This document shows, piece after piece, positions 8,676 to 11,113 of a stretch of DNA of 11,113 nt. The stretch comes from Thermodesulfovibrionales bacterium (GTDB taxonomy: Bacteria; Nitrospirota; Thermodesulfovibrionia; Thermodesulfovibrionales; UBA6898), in the NCBI GenBank assembly GCA_044450345.1, contig JBIOIY010000073.1:1-11113 (forward strand). The letters are read 5' to 3'. The notes under the pieces are model-generated. The model saw nothing but the letters and a program-made list of their open reading frames with translations, did not search any database and was not told the DNA's origin. The translations under genes and the position numbers were made by a program. Position 1 is the stretch's first letter. Each line of letters starts with the position of its first letter.

Positions 8676-9200
8676 ATGTTGAAAGCTTCATTAGCTGTAG
8701 CAGTATGTGTGCTGTTGGTTGCCAGTTTTGTATATGCTGAGGATGTAACGGTAAAGGTCTCGTTGGTGAACGAGCAGGGAGTAGGCAAAGAAATAGGCAC
8801 CATAACGGCATCCGACAGCAAATATGGACTTATCCTGACGCCGCAGTTGACTGATCTTGCACCCGGTCTGCACGGCTTCCATGTGCATGACAAGCCGGAT
8901 TGCTCCCATGCCATGAAGGAGGGAAAAGCAGTCCCGGCGCTTGCAGCGGGAGGGCATTACGACCCTGCCAACACAGGAAAGCATGAAGGACCTTATGGCA
9001 GCGGCCATCTCGGTGACCTGCCTGCCCTTTATGTTTCTGCCGAGGGAAAGGCAACTCTCCCTGTTCTTGCCCCGCGTTTGAAGGTGGCCGACATCAAGGG
9101 AAGGTCTCTTATGATCCATGCAGGAGGCGATAATTACTCCGACACTCCTGCCCCGCTTGGCGGTGGCGGCGCACGGGCAGCTTGCGGCGTAGTTAAGTAA
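8676..9200 (+). CDS. sodC: Periplasmic Cu/Zn superoxide dismutase
   Basis: Signal peptide (..SFVYA/ED), [31 protein letters not shown] and GARAACGV. Both disulfide Cys are present. Strong GAGGAGG SD. Confidence 0.97.
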   Translation: MLKASLAVAVCVLLVASFVYAEDVTVKVSLVNEQGVGKEIGTITASDSKYGLILTPQLTDLAPGLHGFHVHDKPDCSHAMKEGKAVPALAAGGHYDPANTGKHEGPYGSGHLGDLPALYVSAEGKATLPVLAPRLKVADIKGRSLMIHAGGDNYSDTPAPLGGGGARAACGVVK

Positions 9201-9214
9201 AAGCGATTGATTCA

Positions 9215-9247
9215 GGTAACCCCTCTCCGGCCAGGAGAGGGATTACC
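9215..9247 (+). terminator. Strong stem-loop after sodC (terminator or mRNA-stabilising hairpin)
   Basis: GGTAAcCCCTCTCC-ggcca-GGAGAGGGaTTACC. No immediate U-tract on the + strand. Confidence 0.55.
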
Positions 9248-9280
9248 AAAATTCTGTTTTACGAAAAGGAGGCAAATGCA

Positions 9281-9670
9281 ATGACAGGTTATGTTGGACC
9301 TATTGAGAAGGATACTTTAGACAACAACTTTTTCCGTAAGGTTTTATTCACCGGCAAATACAGCCAGCTTGTGGTGATGTGTTTGCAAGGAGGTGAGGAG
9401 ATCGGCAATGAAGTCCATCCAAGCGTCGACCAGTTTTTCCGCATCGAAGAGGGCAATGCAAAGTTTATCTTCAATGACAAGGAGGAGCATCTTGTAGGTG
9501 ATGGTGACGCTGTTGTGGTGCCTGCCGGCACATACCACAACGTGATCAATGCATCTTCGACTAAACCGCTCAGGCTCTACACGATTTACACCCCTCCCAA
9601 TCATCCTGACGGGACAGTGCATAAGACGAAAGCTGAGGCAGATGCAGCGGAGGCTGCGGAACATCACTGA
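9281..9670 (+). CDS. Cupin domain protein (COG0662-type)
   Basis: Cupin motif 1 GEEIGNEVHPSVDQFFRIEEG and motif 2 GDAVVVPAGTYHNVIN. AAGGAGG SD. Confidence 0.9.
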   Translation: MTGYVGPIEKDTLDNNFFRKVLFTGKYSQLVVMCLQGGEEIGNEVHPSVDQFFRIEEGNAKFIFNDKEEHLVGDGDAVVVPAGTYHNVINASSTKPLRLYTIYTPPNHPDGTVHKTKAEADAAEAAEHH

Positions 9671-9827
9671 GACCTTTATCGAGGGGATTGTTCTGGAAGC
9701 AGAGGGAAATGATGCAGTGGAGCTGAATGCTCAGTGTGGAGTCAAGGACTGAGGAAGAATGGAATTATGACACGTGGCTGCCACGCTTTCATCGACGAAT
9801 AAATGCAGATCAAAAGGGGGGAATTAA

Positions 9828-10871
9828 ATGAAAAAAATAGGATTCTTAACAGTCGCAATGGCCTTGGTGGTGTTTGCAGCTTCTGCGGTGCATGCTGAAG
9901 ACGAAGTGATGAAAAGGGCCCAGGGCATGTTTAAACCGATCCCTGCAACAGTGCCTGAGATGAAAGGAAAATCCTTTACTCCCGCAAAGGTGGAATTGGG
10001 TAAGATGCTCTATTTTGAGCCAAGACTCTCTGCGAGCGCCCTCATAAGCTGCAATACCTGCCACAATGTGGGGATGGGCGGCGCTGACTTTCAGGAGACT
10101 TCCGTTGGCCACCGGTGGCAGAAAGGCCCGAGGAATGCCCCGACCGTGCTTAACTCTGTATTTAACATCGCCCAGTTCTGGGATGGAAGGGCAGAGGATC
10201 TGAAACAACAGGCAAAAGGTCCGGTTCAGGCTTCTGTAGAAATGAACAACACCCCGGAAATGACAATTAAGGCATTGAAGAGCATGCCGGAATACATCGC
10301 ACTTTTCAAAAAGGTCTTCCCCGGCCAGCAAGACCCCGTGACATTCGATAACATGGCAGAGGCTATCGAAGCATTTGAGGCTACTCTCATAACACCTGAT
10401 TCACGGTTTGACAAGTATCTCAAGGGAGATGGTACTGCCCTCAATACCACTGAGAAAGAGGGACTGAAACTATTTATGGAAAAGGGGTGCGGCACCTGTC
10501 ATAGTGGAATCAATATGGGTGGAGCCTCGTATTTCCCCTTTGGTCTTGTAGAGAGACCGAGATCCGAGATTATGGCGGGAGATACCGGCCGCTACAAGAT
10601 AACTCATTCAAAATCAGACGAGTATGTCTTCAAGGCGCCTTCCCTCAGGAATATAGACCTTACGCCTCCTTATTTCCATTCCGGGAAAGTGTGGAGTCTC
10701 AAAGAGGCGGTAAAGATTATGGGGGTCGCCCAATTAGGCGCTATGCTCACCGCCAACGAGGTGGACAGGATCGAAGGCTTCCTGAAGACGACTACAGGCG
10801 TCCAACCGAAGGTCGAATATCCGATCCTGCCGGCGCCGACCGAGCAGACGCCAAAACCAAAGCTGGATTAG
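9828..10871 (+). CDS. ccpA: Bacterial diheme cytochrome c peroxidase (CcpA/MacA family)
   Basis: Signal peptide (..AVHA/ED), two heme motifs CNTCH and CGTCH, LGKMLYFEPRLS, RNAPTVLNS, QFWDGRA and FKAPSLRNIDLTPPYFHSG. Confidence 0.95.
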   Translation: MKKIGFLTVAMALVVFAASAVHAEDEVMKRAQGMFKPIPATVPEMKGKSFTPAKVELGKMLYFEPRLSASALISCNTCHNVGMGGADFQETSVGHRWQKGPRNAPTVLNSVFNIAQFWDGRAEDLKQQAKGPVQASVEMNNTPEMTIKALKSMPEYIALFKKVFPGQQDPVTFDNMAEAIEAFEATLITPDSRFDKYLKGDGTALNTTEKEGLKLFMEKGCGTCHSGINMGGASYFPFGLVERPRSEIMAGDTGRYKITHSKSDEYVFKAPSLRNIDLTPPYFHSGKVWSLKEAVKIMGVAQLGAMLTANEVDRIEGFLKTTTGVQPKVEYPILPAPTEQTPKPKLD

Positions 10872-10880
10872 AATCCTGAG

Positions 10881-10910
10881 TAAGGTGCGGGCTTTCAGTC
10901 CCGCACCTTA
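10881..10910. terminator. Stem-loop closing the oxidative-stress cluster
   Basis: Perfect 11-bp stem TAAGGTGCGGG / CCCGCACCTTA, starting 9 nt after the ccp stop codon. Confidence 0.7.
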
Positions 10911-10975
10911 ATTCATAAGTTAGGAAGACATCAAAATATTTGCCTGACTCCTACATCTGCTCTTTTTTGAGCATG

Positions 10976-11113
10976 GTCGAGTAGCGCGGGGGAGTTTCAC
11001 CCCCACGCCCTCACAGATCCGGACGTGACGGTCTCCCGTCATCCGGCTCGTATTGTTCAGCCTACGATCTACTGCCCATTTTCCAGTGCGCAAACAGCTC
11101 TGGTTGCCGTGAA
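10976..11113 (-). mobile_element. 3' end of a group II intron (domains V and VI), class D/RmInt1-like, truncated by the window edge
   Basis: The minus strand reads GAGCCGGATGACGGGAGACCGTCACGTCCGGATC (34-nt domain V, AGC triad, GAGA tetraloop; 11049-11016). Domain VI follows, ending ...GCTACTCGAC with the branch A at -7 (10982) and a terminal AC. Confidence 0.93.
11062..11112 (-). CDS. ltrA: C-terminus of the group II intron reverse transcriptase/maturase
   Basis: SRQPELFAHWKMGSRS-stop. PxLF(V/A)HW is the C-terminal motif of endonuclease-less class D intron-encoded proteins. The stop lies just upstream of domain V. Confidence 0.85.
   Translation of the reverse strand, partial: SRQPELFAHWKMGSRS

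Noticed and set aside
9549..9752. 67-aa + strand ORF overlapping the cupin 3' end
   Set aside because: It overlaps a well-supported gene out of frame and has no motifs.
9943..9955. CTGCAACAGTGCC, resembling an IS6 terminal repeat
   Set aside because: It lies inside the intact ccp reading frame and is probably coincidental.

Overview
Bacterial chromosomal window, possibly from an anaerobe (inference from gene content only). The left half holds the 5' part of a minus-strand cyclophilin-like (TM1367/DUF369-type) gene, a divergent multidomain Old Yellow Enzyme-family flavoprotein with non-canonical catalytic and Fe-S ligands, an ACT-domain protein and an AT-rich orphan Rcp1-type receiver gene. 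A repeat-rich intergenic region follows, containing a candidate C-rich two-hairpin small RNA (about 4506-4610). The right half is a co-directional oxidative-stress cluster: a PerR-like Fur regulator with a palindromic operator at its own start, an uncharacterised membrane-anchored protein ending in Cys-Ser-Cys, katG, an unannotated remnant of a monofunctional catalase abutting the katG stop, sodC, a cupin and a diheme cytochrome c peroxidase. The window ends in the 3' end (domains V and VI plus the IEP C-terminus) of a minus-strand class D-like group II intron.
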